From: an uncultured Gammaproteobacteria bacterium
GTDB lineage: Bacteria; Patescibacteriota; Microgenomatia; Daviesbacterales; UBA10151
NCBI GenBank assembly: GCA_964636275.1
Contig: CAZWRN010000002.1
Span: 9,910 to 73,909 of the forward strand
Length of the DNA: 64,000 nucleotides
Direction: 5' to 3'
Made by a program: the position numbers and the translations under genes. Below, one piece after another: positions 19,297 to 29,193 of the stretch. Every line of letters begins with the position of its first letter. The stretch's first letter is position 1. Under the pieces are notes generated by a model, which was not told where the DNA came from, did no database searches, and saw only the letters and a program-made list of their open reading frames with translations.

Positions 19297-19947
19297 TTAA
19301 TCCAACTGTAATATGTGCTGTAAAATGAGCTGGTGCTTCTTAAAATCCCTCACGATGTAATGAGCAATTTCTGGGATTTTTTGATCATTTGAAGTAAGTA
19401 AACCTATGGTATACATCCCCCCTCTTTTGCCCGCTTCTACTCCATGATAGGCATCTTCAAAAACGACACATTCTGATGGATTCATACCGAGCCGATTTGC
19501 AGCGGTGAGAAAAAGTTCGGGGTCGGGCTTTGGTTTTCTAAAATCATTTCCTGATACTATTGTATAAAAAAAATGATCAAGTTTAGTTTTATTTAAAACA
19601 AATGGTGCATTTTTACTCGATGAAGCCGCCGCGATATAAAATAAATTTTTACCTAAATTCTGTAAAAAAAGTTTAACTCCTGGTAACGGTTTGGGTGGTT
19701 TATGATCAACCATTTCTAAAAAGTAATTTTGCTTTATTTCAGCTAATCTATCAAGATCCTCATCACCCACATCGGTTAAAACATTTTTGATACCAATCGC
19801 TCTGGGGAGTCCATTTACTTTTTCCAGGTAATCTTCAAAGTTAAATAAAGCCCCAGCCTCCTGAAACATTTTTTGCCAGGCCAAAAAATGATAAGGAACT
19901 GTATCTACTAAAACACCATCGACATCAAAAATCACAGCTTTTTTCAT
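19297..19947 (-). CDS. HAD-superfamily hydrolase (subfamily IA)
   Basis: Motif I AVIFDVDGVLVDT and a C-terminal DD motif. Confidence 0.75.
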   Translation of the reverse strand: MKKAVIFDVDGVLVDTVPYHFLAWQKMFQEAGALFNFEDYLEKVNGLPRAIGIKNVLTDVGDEDLDRLAEIKQNYFLEMVDHKPPKPLPGVKLFLQNLGKNLFYIAAASSSKNAPFVLNKTKLDHFFYTIVSGNDFRKPKPDPELFLTAANRLGMNPSECVVFEDAYHGVEAGKRGGMYTIGLLTSNDQKIPEIAHYIVRDFKKHQLILQHILQLD

Positions 19948-19949
19948 AT

Positions 19950-21761
19950 TTAGGCGGCTATATGATGGGCTAATATAGGTCCGGCTGATGATTCACCGGC
20001 CATCACCATCGCTAATAGACCACTCTCGACATTCCCCCTGAGGGTGCTCAGTGCAATCTCTCTCAAGAAAGAGCCCGTCGCATAGGTTTTTATTCGTCTA
20101 AGGAAATCCGGATCTTTTAATACATGAGAGAACTCTTTAGACCTACCAGCAACATACTGATGGAGGTTATCAGCTACCTGACTAAATTCACCCTTCATCC
20201 TTATTCCCACGGCCCCTTCATAGACACCGATGCCATCCACCTGGATACTGGATGCCGTAGTTGATGATCGATGCTTCGACATTCGAACATAGCTTTCAGC
20301 TGGATCCCCCAACCCACTCCATTCAGCGTCTATCAATGACCAGTTATTTTTTTCAGTGTTGAAAATAATATTAGATCCCGTAGCATCACCATGAACGCCG
20401 ATCAGGTACTTAGGAGGCTGTTGTAACAGTTGATCAACAGATAGCATCATGTCGGCCAATGATGGTAATTTTCTTCCTCCCATACGGAGTGGTAAGTTTT
20501 GTAAGGCTGTTTCTGATACACCAAAATAATAAGCCATTTGTCTGATGGCTTCAGGGATCATCTGCTGGGTTTCGGCCCACTCTTTACGTTGCATTGATTT
20601 ATATACCTGTCCTTCAAATGGCTGTTTTGATTGCGTTGCCCACCACTGCTTTTTTATATCAAGGAGCTGCTGATAGATTGTCAGCGCCATATTTGAATCA
20701 ATATTTCCAGCTGCGAGTGCTTCCCGTAACGTTCTACCGCTTAAATGTGGTAATACTAGAAACCCTTTCTCTTCATCAAAGATATGCGGTTGTGGCATTT
20801 TTTCAGCTAAAGGCGTCTTGGATAAAAAGTGATAGCCCCTGATGTCATCTTTGACTCTGTCAGGCTGGGGAAAATTGTGTTTTACCACTACCTGTTTATC
20901 ACCGGTATCAACTAACGTGATATTACTTCCCGACATGCCTCCATGTTTCATTAAATTGGCCGATTTAATGGTCCCCGATATCCCGGCTGCTACTCCTATT
21001 TGGGCAGGTAAAATATGATCAATCCCATCTACAATATGCCCTGCCTGAGCATACAATTCTTGGTTGTAGTCAGCAGTCCTAAACAGAGTATTATCAAAAT
21101 CAAGCAACCATCCGGTTTTCCCTTTAGGTGTTTTTAGATCACGTATGTCCGATATACTTCCTATCGTCTGGGTATCCTGCAGGAAATCTTCAAGTGTCAT
21201 CCCACTAGGAGCTTTGTCTTTGTACACTCCGTATCTTGCCCAAATAACTGAGATATCCAGATCAGATGGTATTTTACCTTCAGCCTTAAGCTCCCTTAAG
21301 CGAGCTTTAACATCTTTTATGTTTCCGGCTTTGTCATCTACCACAACTACTTTTTCAACTCCTTTATCACGCATTCTATTGACGGTCTGATCGATATCAG
21401 TTACTTTATCCATCTGAGCCGTTACCGAAAAACGTCTTCTATCGGTATTGGAAAAAGCTCGCCTGGCACTACTTATCCCACTACCTGCTATTTTATAAAG
21501 CTGATTTAAGGGATGTCCCTGAGTCCAGACAGTTACCTGATCTCCTCGGTTCATAAGATCCTGGGCTGTAGCAATTGCACCAGCAAATAAATGGTCCGGA
21601 CGGCTGATCCGTCTGGCCGCATAGACAATTTCTTCTGGGTGGCTAAAGCCAGTTTTCTTTTGGATCTCAGCGGCTACTTTTACAAAGTCAGTACAACCAT
21701 TGAGTATCTCGCCTTCTCGATAGATCTGAGTGATCTGTCTTAATGTATCTGGAGATGCCAT
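19950..21761 (-). CDS. Two-domain protein: N-terminal HAD-like module fused to aminoglycoside/choline-kinase-like phosphotransferase
   Basis: GWLLDFDNTLF (HAD DxDxT) mid-protein. The C-terminal half has the APH fold signatures VHGDATGSNIIF...LIDAEWSG. 603 aa. Confidence 0.5.
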   Translation of the reverse strand: MASPDTLRQITQIYREGEILNGCTDFVKVAAEIQKKTGFSHPEEIVYAARRISRPDHLFAGAIATAQDLMNRGDQVTVWTQGHPLNQLYKIAGSGISSARRAFSNTDRRRFSVTAQMDKVTDIDQTVNRMRDKGVEKVVVVDDKAGNIKDVKARLRELKAEGKIPSDLDISVIWARYGVYKDKAPSGMTLEDFLQDTQTIGSISDIRDLKTPKGKTGWLLDFDNTLFRTADYNQELYAQAGHIVDGIDHILPAQIGVAAGISGTIKSANLMKHGGMSGSNITLVDTGDKQVVVKHNFPQPDRVKDDIRGYHFLSKTPLAEKMPQPHIFDEEKGFLVLPHLSGRTLREALAAGNIDSNMALTIYQQLLDIKKQWWATQSKQPFEGQVYKSMQRKEWAETQQMIPEAIRQMAYYFGVSETALQNLPLRMGGRKLPSLADMMLSVDQLLQQPPKYLIGVHGDATGSNIIFNTEKNNWSLIDAEWSGLGDPAESYVRMSKHRSSTTASSIQVDGIGVYEGAVGIRMKGEFSQVADNLHQYVAGRSKEFSHVLKDPDFLRRIKTYATGSFLREIALSTLRGNVESGLLAMVMAGESSAGPILAHHIAA

Positions 21762-21856
21762 ATTGAGTCTGAAAAACAGCTTAATCTTTTAACTCAACAG
21801 TTACTTGACGATATTTTTACAAAAAAAACACAAAATGGAGACAAAAATTGGACAAA

Positions 21857-23083
21857 TTAGTCGGATGTTACTGCATCAGGAAGTGAGATCTTATGTTTGT
21901 CGGTCGAAGTCTGATAAGGATAAAGCGTGGTTGCCAATGTTATTAAAGCTGCAAATATAAACACCATAACAAATGGTAATTTAAACCAAAAAAGTATACC
22001 TAATACAAAAAGAAAGGCTGCTCGAGGTGCCGACATACCGATCTCTCTCTGGAAAATATAGGCTACCAGATCTTCGTGTCTAGCTCTCCCATAGATCGTG
22101 GCATCCAGAGACACAACCACCCCGGAACGAGTCACAGCATAAATGGCTGACATTATGTAGACATGAATAGGGGCATAGATCATAGTTGTGATAACCCAAG
22201 CAATTGCATCCAGTGGCGCAAAAATATGGGTTATTCTTTTTGGGCCAAATTTATCAATAGCTAACCCTATCAAAAAAGTTACTGCCATCGAAAAAAAAGC
22301 GACTAGTGAACCGACAAATCCAACTCCAATAATTCCTGACATAATTGTTAAAATAAAAATCGGCAAAAAGATAACTGCAACCAAATCAGCAATACTGTCT
22401 GCACCCATAGCAACAAAACTTTTCCATTCTCTTCTTGGCGAAAGTGTCATTACCGTTTTTAAAAGATGAATTTCTATATTATTTTGCTGGCGTGGCAGAA
22501 ATCTTAAGGGAATTATAGCTACGATAACTAGTGCGGATAGAAAGACAAACAGATACTCAAAACCCCAAAAACTAATAATCAAACTCCCAAAAGCAGGTCC
22601 TCCAATAGATGCAATGGCTTGCAAGACGGCACTAATTGATAGCTCAGCTCCCTGCTTTTTGTCATCGCTGAGGTGACTAAAGTAGACATGATAAGCTGTC
22701 CAGTAGAGACCAATCGCCATTCCGCCAAAGATGGTTGAGATCGGTAAAAAGATGAAGTCATACTTTCCTAGTGAAAGTATGATGTAAAACATTACCAGCG
22801 ATATACTCCCCCAAAAAATTGCAAACTTGAGACCTTTTTTTGCAATCAGCCAGACAGTCGGTGCGATTGAAAGTGCGTCGAAGATATACACTAAACAAAG
22901 TATGAATGCCACAATACTCAGTGCCTGATGGTATTCAAAACCATGGTTACGAGCCAGTTGGAGGATATATATACCATTAAAAAGCTGGAACATCGAGACA
23001 GCAAAATATCGAATGATTGCATGCAGATAAAAAGCCCCTAAATATCGGAATTGTCTTTTATGAAGTAAAGACAGATGTAGCAT
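21857..23083 (-). CDS. MFS-type transporter
   Basis: 408 aa, about 12 TM, with an MFS-like loop between TM2 and TM3. Confidence 0.55.
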   Translation of the reverse strand: MLHLSLLHKRQFRYLGAFYLHAIIRYFAVSMFQLFNGIYILQLARNHGFEYHQALSIVAFILCLVYIFDALSIAPTVWLIAKKGLKFAIFWGSISLVMFYIILSLGKYDFIFLPISTIFGGMAIGLYWTAYHVYFSHLSDDKKQGAELSISAVLQAIASIGGPAFGSLIISFWGFEYLFVFLSALVIVAIIPLRFLPRQQNNIEIHLLKTVMTLSPRREWKSFVAMGADSIADLVAVIFLPIFILTIMSGIIGVGFVGSLVAFFSMAVTFLIGLAIDKFGPKRITHIFAPLDAIAWVITTMIYAPIHVYIMSAIYAVTRSGVVVSLDATIYGRARHEDLVAYIFQREIGMSAPRAAFLFVLGILFWFKLPFVMVFIFAALITLATTLYPYQTSTDKHKISLPDAVTSD

Positions 23084-23218
23084 GCAATTAGTTTACAGTG
23101 CTTATGATGGTTGTAACAATAGACAGTTATCTGCTATCTGTGATCGGTTATCAGAAGATAGTATGCCGGGTTTCAGTTGGCCTGTTTTAACTGATTTACT
23201 GAAAACCGATAACCGACT

Positions 23219-23848
23219 TTATTCCATGGTTTTTTCAGGACCTTGGTTGATATGGCCTTGAATGAATTCTTCTATTTTGTCTTTATCAAAATCGTTCAGT
23301 TTTTCCATATGTCGCCAGGCTGTCAGAGCTATCATACTATCCAAATTGGGTCTTGGTACAACTAGCAGTCTGACCTGGCCTTTAGCGTTATAAACATCAG
23401 TTAAGTTATTCACCAGTTGTTTGCACTGATCAGATTTGAAATTGTCAGACAAAGTTGCCGCAGCAGAAGCGATTTGCTCAGCTGATTCAGTTGCCAGTTC
23501 CATTGGTCTGCCACTTGTCTGGGCATATGCAGTTGGGATGAGATTAAATCCGGTTGATTGGACATCACAGTTATAATGCAAGATGACATAACCATGTTCC
23601 AAAGAGTGGACAAGATTGCGGTCATCTTTAGGAGTATCGTAGACTCCCCATTTGGTCCACTGAGCATAATGATTGCCAGAGGTAGGCGGATTTGTCCCAT
23701 ACTGAACTTCCGTACCGATCTGCACGTGCTCTCTTCCCTCATCAGCCAGCTGAGTACCTGGTTTTGGCTTAGACTCATTGAACACCCAATAACCCAAAAT
23801 AACTAAAGAGACTAAAACAATAATTATGATTAATCTTTTTTCATTCAT
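23219..23848 (-). CDS. Membrane-anchored DUF3105-like protein
   Basis: N-terminal TM, then the conserved PPTSGNHY...HSLEHGYVILHY core. Confidence 0.5.
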   Translation of the reverse strand: MNEKRLIIIIVLVSLVILGYWVFNESKPKPGTQLADEGREHVQIGTEVQYGTNPPTSGNHYAQWTKWGVYDTPKDDRNLVHSLEHGYVILHYNCDVQSTGFNLIPTAYAQTSGRPMELATESAEQIASAAATLSDNFKSDQCKQLVNNLTDVYNAKGQVRLLVVPRPNLDSMIALTAWRHMEKLNDFDKDKIEEFIQGHINQGPEKTME

Positions 23849-23901
23849 TAGCTTGAGGGATATAATATAGTATTATTAAAATAAAGTCGAGAGCTACCCC
23901 A

Positions 23902-24489
23902 TTAAAATCCACGTTCGTTGAACTGATTTTGCGCTTTCTCTAATCCTTCTTGCAGCCATACATCCAATGCCTGAACACATTTTTTAAGTAGAGCTTTTTT
24001 AGCAGATGTTTCTCCTGGGACAAAGTAATCAATTACAAATTTTTCAGCCTGAAAATCGATCTGTTTGCGTTCACCTGAAAAAGATTTTTGATTGCCGATG
24101 CCTAGACGGAAACGAACAAACTGATCAGATTTCAGATGTTCAATAACAGATTCGACCCCATGATGACCAGCAGCCGATCCGCCCAAACGGATTTTAATAT
24201 GACCCAATATAATATCAAGTTCATCATGAATGATAACTACATTTTTGGGAGGAATTTTGTAAAAATTTGTAATCTTGGCAACAGAAATGCCAGACAGATT
24301 CATATAAGTCTGCGGTTTGGCTAAAACAATATCGCCAGTTTGGATCATTTCAGCTTTGAATTTTTTCTCGAGAGTAAACTCACCAAACGCTCTTTTATGA
24401 GCAAAATAGTCTAGAGCTTCAAACCCAAGATTATGACGAGTATTTGCGTATTTTTCACCGGGATTTCCTAGTCCAACTATTAGAAACAT
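23902..24489 (-). CDS. pth: Peptidyl-tRNA hydrolase
   Basis: MFLIVGLGNPGEKYANTRHNLGF is the classic Pth N-terminus. Start trimmed from 24504 to the internal Met. Confidence 0.9.
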   Translation of the reverse strand: MFLIVGLGNPGEKYANTRHNLGFEALDYFAHKRAFGEFTLEKKFKAEMIQTGDIVLAKPQTYMNLSGISVAKITNFYKIPPKNVVIIHDELDIILGHIKIRLGGSAAGHHGVESVIEHLKSDQFVRFRLGIGNQKSFSGERKQIDFQAEKFVIDYFVPGETSAKKALLKKCVQALDVWLQEGLEKAQNQFNERGF

Positions 24490-24503
24490 ACCAAGATTAT
24501 ACA

Positions 24504-25124
24504 CTACAGCAGCAAGAGCAGTTCTTTTAGTGAATGAATTGTAAAAGCTTTTGGGTGTTTGGAATCATCTTTTCGATTTAACCAAATTACTGTCAGGTCA
24601 GAACGTTTCAGTAATATTTCAATTACTTCTGGATTGTCATCTACGATGACTGCCTCCTTTGGAGTCAAATCTAAAACACGCTTAGTCCGTTTATTGAAAA
24701 AAATATAGAGATGTTGTTCATTGAAATGATGAACTATCTTGCCATGTTTAAGTTTCCTGGTTTGCAAATCTTTATACCCTTCGGTAAATACTCCTAATAC
24801 ATTGTTTTGTCCAATTTTTTCCAGCACTTCTTTAGCTTCCTTATAGAGTGAATTTTCAAAATGTTTTTTTTGATAATAAGCCGTTTGCAAAATTTTTTTA
24901 TCCAAGCCAAGCTCCTCTGCCATATGTTGGGCCATTTTTTTGGGATGAAAAAAGGTTCGTTTCTTTAAAGTAAGATCATATTTTTTTCTGGATTCATCTA
25001 TCTGATTCTCATCTAGTGAAACTTTTTCCAGTAAATGCTTTTTAAACAATGTTCGAAACTCTTCTGTGCTATGAAGTGTTTTATCGACATCAAACAATAT
25101 TATTTGATGAGGCTTAATTTTCAT
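24504..25124 (-). CDS. HAD-like hydrolase
   Basis: IILFDVDKTL motif I. Start trimmed to MKIKPHQ. Confidence 0.55.
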   Translation of the reverse strand: MKIKPHQIILFDVDKTLHSTEEFRTLFKKHLLEKVSLDENQIDESRKKYDLTLKKRTFFHPKKMAQHMAEELGLDKKILQTAYYQKKHFENSLYKEAKEVLEKIGQNNVLGVFTEGYKDLQTRKLKHGKIVHHFNEQHLYIFFNKRTKRVLDLTPKEAVIVDDNPEVIEILLKRSDLTVIWLNRKDDSKHPKAFTIHSLKELLLLL

Positions 25125-25590
25125 TGGCTGCTTTCTCCAAAGCTTTGATGGCATAAAATTTTACCGCATTAGTGATTCGATATTGTGGATCTTCTAACTC
25201 TGATATAGAAAACCAACGGATTCCATTATGTTCTAGTTCGGCTAATTTTAAACGATCAGTTTTGGATCTGACGAAATACATATTTCCAACATGTTTATGG
25301 GTCTCTCCAATGTCATGAATATCGACATATTCAGGACGATATAAAAACTTAGTTCCTTTTTGATCAACCCCTTCAACTTTTTCAGCCAAAATCTCAATAT
25401 CATCAGCTGTTAATCCCGACTCCTCTTCAATTTCTCTGAATAAAGCTTGGTCGGGATCTTCACCCGGATCAATATGCCCGCCGATGGGTAACCATCTCTT
25501 CAGTTTAATATGATCGACAAGCAAAACTTTGTTATTAAAAACAATAAATGCACCAACTGTGAAATCAACTAATTCATTTATATGTGCCAT
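25114..25590 (-). CDS. NUDIX hydrolase
   Basis: GGHIDPGEDPDQALFREIEEESGL Nudix box. Confidence 0.85.
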   Translation of the reverse strand: MAHINELVDFTVGAFIVFNNKVLLVDHIKLKRWLPIGGHIDPGEDPDQALFREIEEESGLTADDIEILAEKVEGVDQKGTKFLYRPEYVDIHDIGETHKHVGNMYFVRSKTDRLKLAELEHNGIRWFSISELEDPQYRITNAVKFYAIKALEKAANEN

Positions 25591-25667
25591 ATATAAAAAA
25601 TTCTAAATCCGAATTCCGAAACTCTAAGCAATATTAAATGTTTAAAATCGAAAATTCAGAAATCTTT

Positions 25668-26336
25668 CTAAAATCCAGATTGTTCTTGTTCTTGAATCAG
25701 ATCAAGTAACAATTTTTCTCTAAAATTAAATTCTTCTTTACTTGTTTGGTCAAGTGTTCCCGCCCTCATATCAGCCAACGTCTGAACTAGTAATTCTGGA
25801 TAAAGTGACCCTACTTTATGCTTACATTGATTAATGGTTGCAGTACGTCCTTTACCATTATAGATGGCTTCTACTGCTTGATGGACAAAATCATGTTCAG
25901 TTATAAACTGGCAGACATAATGGATTTCTGCTTTTGAAAATCCTACTTCATCCAGAATAGGCTTTACTGCAATACCACCTGCCATCTCATGCCCTATATA
26001 TGAAGTCTTTTTGAGCATGTTACCTGTTTTAAAAGGGTCGTAAATCTCCGAGGTTTCATTTTTTATCCCTATTACATTCTTGCCTATATCATGGAGTAAA
26101 CCAACCAGTTTAAGTAAATCTTTCTTTGTGTTTTGCTCAATCTTTTGGTTTAAATAAGCCAGATAGTTTTCTCCCAGAGTATCAATAATCTTCTTTACCT
26201 CTTCTTTAGTTTTAAGCAGATGATCGCTCAATGGTTGCGCCACATGCCAATTACTATTTTCGATTTGTTTATCGCAATTTATTAATACTTTTTTTAAAGC
26301 CGGATGAGGTTGCTCAATAATTTCTTCAATATTCAT
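25668..26336 (-). CDS. HD-domain phosphohydrolase
   Basis: GLLHDIGK and a downstream HEMAGG His/Asp pattern. Confidence 0.7.
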   Translation of the reverse strand: MNIEEIIEQPHPALKKVLINCDKQIENSNWHVAQPLSDHLLKTKEEVKKIIDTLGENYLAYLNQKIEQNTKKDLLKLVGLLHDIGKNVIGIKNETSEIYDPFKTGNMLKKTSYIGHEMAGGIAVKPILDEVGFSKAEIHYVCQFITEHDFVHQAVEAIYNGKGRTATINQCKHKVGSLYPELLVQTLADMRAGTLDQTSKEEFNFREKLLLDLIQEQEQSGF

Positions 26337-27604
26337 TAAAATAATCCTTCCTGTTCTAAACTTTTAGCTGCTTCATTCTCATCAAAGATTTTAACAATTC
26401 CATAGGTGTTATCATAGCCTGGTTGAATTTTGAGCTGTCCTTCTCGTACTCGTTTGACTCCTTCAGCCACTCGCTCACCGGCTATCATTTCTATCAAAGG
26501 GATTTGAACTTTGGTTAAGATCTTTAACTCGGAGTCCAACTCGGTAACTAGTTTTTCATAGGCTGTTTTAACTTTCTGAGTTTTCACCGCCACCCCTAGA
26601 CTTTCGGCTAAGATCTCCTCTAACTGTACTAACATCCGAAATCCAGCTCGATCAGGAAACATTTTTGATTTTAATACACCATTTTCTTTGTAGAGTTCTA
26701 ACTCTTTTTCAGATCTTTTGGCTAGCTCCTCTACTCTCTGCATCACTCCAATGGTCAGCCTTTTTTTGCAGACCGGACAGATCTCCCCATTGGCTTTTAA
26801 CTGCTCAGGATCCATTACTATCCCACAATTGCGATGGCCGGAATAATGATACTTACCTTCTTCTGGGAAAAATTCAATTGACCCAATAATATCCTGGGTC
26901 TGCAAAGCTTTTGACAAATTTTTAAAACCTATCTTCCCATTGATCAAAGTCACTTCCCTACCCAATCTGGGCAAAGAGTGGAGATCCGAAAATGAAACAA
27001 TTGATTTGCTATCTAGCTCTGGCACCCGCCAATTCATAGCAGGTTCACTAGACAGACCAGTTTCCACTGCATAAATTTTTTCAGAAAACTCACCAAAACA
27101 ATCAGTCAAAAGATCATAACCAGAGTTTGATCCATATAAAGAATACCAAGGTGTCCAAATGTGGGCAGGAATGATCAAGATATCTGGATCTACCCCAAAT
27201 AAAATACTGCACAGCATTTTTGTTGTCATTCCCAAAATAGGCCGGCCATCTGAAGCCAATTTAGCCCCTCTGTGTTTTAAAACTTCACCGACTTTATTTG
27301 CTGCATCCAACGAAGGATAGATCGCAATCAAATGTATTCGTCTAGTCTTCCCTCCTTCAGAATATATGCAAGAGATTTCTCCTGATACGACAAACTTGGT
27401 TTCGCCATTTTGGTAAATGCCCCCTCCGATATCCTGTAAATGGGTTTTTAGCTCCTGCTGCCACATCGGGTGGAGAGCATCACCTGTTCCAAGTAGGTCT
27501 ATACCTTTCCAAACAGCCCATTTAGCTAGATTTGAGATGGTGAGATCATAGGAACAAGCGCCTGAATACTTGGAGTGAATGTGAAGATCTGCTACATAAG
27601 CCAT
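26336..27604 (-). CDS. PHP-domain nuclease, endonuclease Q (EndoQ/TIGR00375)-like
   Basis: The N-terminus YVADLHIHSKYSGACS...LLGTGDALHP is a PHP metal-binding signature. A Cys cluster (C-x16-CPVC) sits near residue 270. Length is 422 aa, as for archaeal EndoQ. Stop overlaps the HD gene start (TAATG). Confidence 0.5.
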   Translation of the reverse strand: MAYVADLHIHSKYSGACSYDLTISNLAKWAVWKGIDLLGTGDALHPMWQQELKTHLQDIGGGIYQNGETKFVVSGEISCIYSEGGKTRRIHLIAIYPSLDAANKVGEVLKHRGAKLASDGRPILGMTTKMLCSILFGVDPDILIIPAHIWTPWYSLYGSNSGYDLLTDCFGEFSEKIYAVETGLSSEPAMNWRVPELDSKSIVSFSDLHSLPRLGREVTLINGKIGFKNLSKALQTQDIIGSIEFFPEEGKYHYSGHRNCGIVMDPEQLKANGEICPVCKKRLTIGVMQRVEELAKRSEKELELYKENGVLKSKMFPDRAGFRMLVQLEEILAESLGVAVKTQKVKTAYEKLVTELDSELKILTKVQIPLIEMIAGERVAEGVKRVREGQLKIQPGYDNTYGIVKIFDENEAAKSLEQEGLF

Positions 27605-27658
27605 TTGCTGGATTGTAACTTTCTACTATATTTGCTTCAAGTGTTTTAATATTAGACT

Positions 27659-28051
27659 ATGTTTCCAATTCCAGAAAAAATGCCAAATTTTCATCATTAT
27701 AGTATGAAAAATATTCCTACTGAGCATATATACCCTTCGCGCCGTCTGGTAGACACCGTTCAACAACTTCTGGAGAGTACTGGACATAGACTTCGCTCAA
27801 CTTTAACAACCAGTACAAACCCGGAGAATATTTCCCTAGCAGGAATTATGGAAATCGGTACCTTAACAGGCCGGTTTGTACCACATGCCAAAACAGGAGA
27901 ATTAACCATAGTTCAGTCTGAATTACCATTTTCTCCACATCAATTTTTACAGGCAATATCCGAACACTTTGCTACCATCTCTGTTTTTTATTCTCCTTTA
28001 GTAAGGAGACGATCTGGTGTTATGGTGCCCGATTTTTCTCAGATTTTTTGA
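27659..28051 (+). CDS. Hypothetical protein
   Basis: 130 aa, overlaps the TatD start by 4 nt. No recognisable motifs. Confidence 0.35.
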   Translation: MFPIPEKMPNFHHYSMKNIPTEHIYPSRRLVDTVQQLLESTGHRLRSTLTTSTNPENISLAGIMEIGTLTGRFVPHAKTGELTIVQSELPFSPHQFLQAISEHFATISVFYSPLVRRRSGVMVPDFSQIF

Positions 28052-28875
28052 TGAAATATATTGATACTCATTCTCATATTCAATTCAAAACGTTTGATCA
28101 GGACCGAGACCAGATAGTTCAACAGGCAACAGAGGCGGGCGTTGAATCAATAATGGCAGTTGGCACCAGTCTGGAATCATCCCAAAGAGCAGTTAAAGTT
28201 GCTGAAAAATATCCGTCAGTCTATGCAGCTGTCGGTATTCATCCCCACCATGTATTTAGCTATCAGCTCTCAGCAATCAGCTATCAGCAAGAAATGAAAG
28301 AAGTAGAAATATTATTAAAAAATCAAAAAGTAATTGCAATTGGTGAAACTGGTATCGATACTCATTTGTATCCTCAGACCAAATATCAAAATTATCAGAT
28401 CACTCCCTCATTTTTGGCATTGCAAAAGGAAATTTTTGCTTTACAAATTAAACTTGCAGTCAAATATCAAAAAACCTTAATCATTCACAACCGAGGTATG
28501 GCAGATAGATTGCTTGAAATCCTGGAAGAAAATTGGGATCCATTTTTATCTGGACGATCAGTTTTTCATTGTTGTGAACCGAGTAGAAAAATACTCGATT
28601 TTGCTAAGAAAAACTGGGTTTTTATTGGTGTTGATGGTGATGTGACTTATGACAAAGATAAGCAAAGTTTTATCAAAGAAGTCCCATTAGAACTATTAGT
28701 TTTGGAAACAGATTCCCCTTTTTTTGTTCCAGAACCTTTGAGAGCCCAGGGAATTACCAGAAATACTCCAGCAAATATCACTCAAATATCAACCTTTCTT
28801 GACAATTTTATAGGTCAAAATGTCCAAATAATGTCAAGAAACAACGCCCAGTCTCTGTTTAAATTACCCTCATGA
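28048..28875 (+). CDS. TatD-family metal-dependent DNase/hydrolase
   Basis: MKYIDTHSHIQF...AIGETGID...HNR...FHCC are TatD His/Glu/Asp motifs. Confidence 0.8.
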   Translation: MMKYIDTHSHIQFKTFDQDRDQIVQQATEAGVESIMAVGTSLESSQRAVKVAEKYPSVYAAVGIHPHHVFSYQLSAISYQQEMKEVEILLKNQKVIAIGETGIDTHLYPQTKYQNYQITPSFLALQKEIFALQIKLAVKYQKTLIIHNRGMADRLLEILEENWDPFLSGRSVFHCCEPSRKILDFAKKNWVFIGVDGDVTYDKDKQSFIKEVPLELLVLETDSPFFVPEPLRAQGITRNTPANITQISTFLDNFIGQNVQIMSRNNAQSLFKLPS

Positions 28876-29186
28876 GTATGGTGCCTCAAGAACAAAGAGC
28901 TGGTCTTGGTGTTGAAATATATGGAACTGGACCAAAAGTTACTGCAACTTTTTATGCTGAAAGGGGTAGTTCTTTCACAGAATTACATCGAATTCCGACT
29001 ATTGACGGAAAAATTGAAAACCATGGCACGACTGAGTTGACAAAAGGAGTAACAGGTCCTGAACTTGTTTGGAGAACTGAGATAGCATCTCGAGCTGTAA
29101 TTGGCTCCCTTCTCAGGGGATATGTTGAGGCAAATGGCTGGAAAGGAACCCCTGAAGCCCTGCACAGAATTCAGACCCTTGGCTAG
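28872..29186 (+). CDS. Hypothetical small protein
   Basis: 104 aa, overlaps the TatD stop by 4 nt. Relatively GC-rich. Confidence 0.3.
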   Translation: MSMVPQEQRAGLGVEIYGTGPKVTATFYAERGSSFTELHRIPTIDGKIENHGTTELTKGVTGPELVWRTEIASRAVIGSLLRGYVEANGWKGTPEALHRIQTLG

Positions 29187-29193
29187 CATTAAT

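Noticed and set aside
20594-21390. Antisense ORFs within the kinase-fusion gene
   Set aside because: They are spurious frames in a long gene.
23084-23218. Inverted repeat TCGGTTATC...GATAACCGA and GTTATC-rich sequence, considered as an IS end or tRNA
   Set aside because: There is no transposase and no target duplication. It does not fold as a tRNA and is likely a promoter or operator region for the MFS gene.
23410-23806. 122-aa and 82-aa ORFs overlapping the DUF3105 gene
   Set aside because: They are alternative frames. The DUF3105 frame has conserved motifs.
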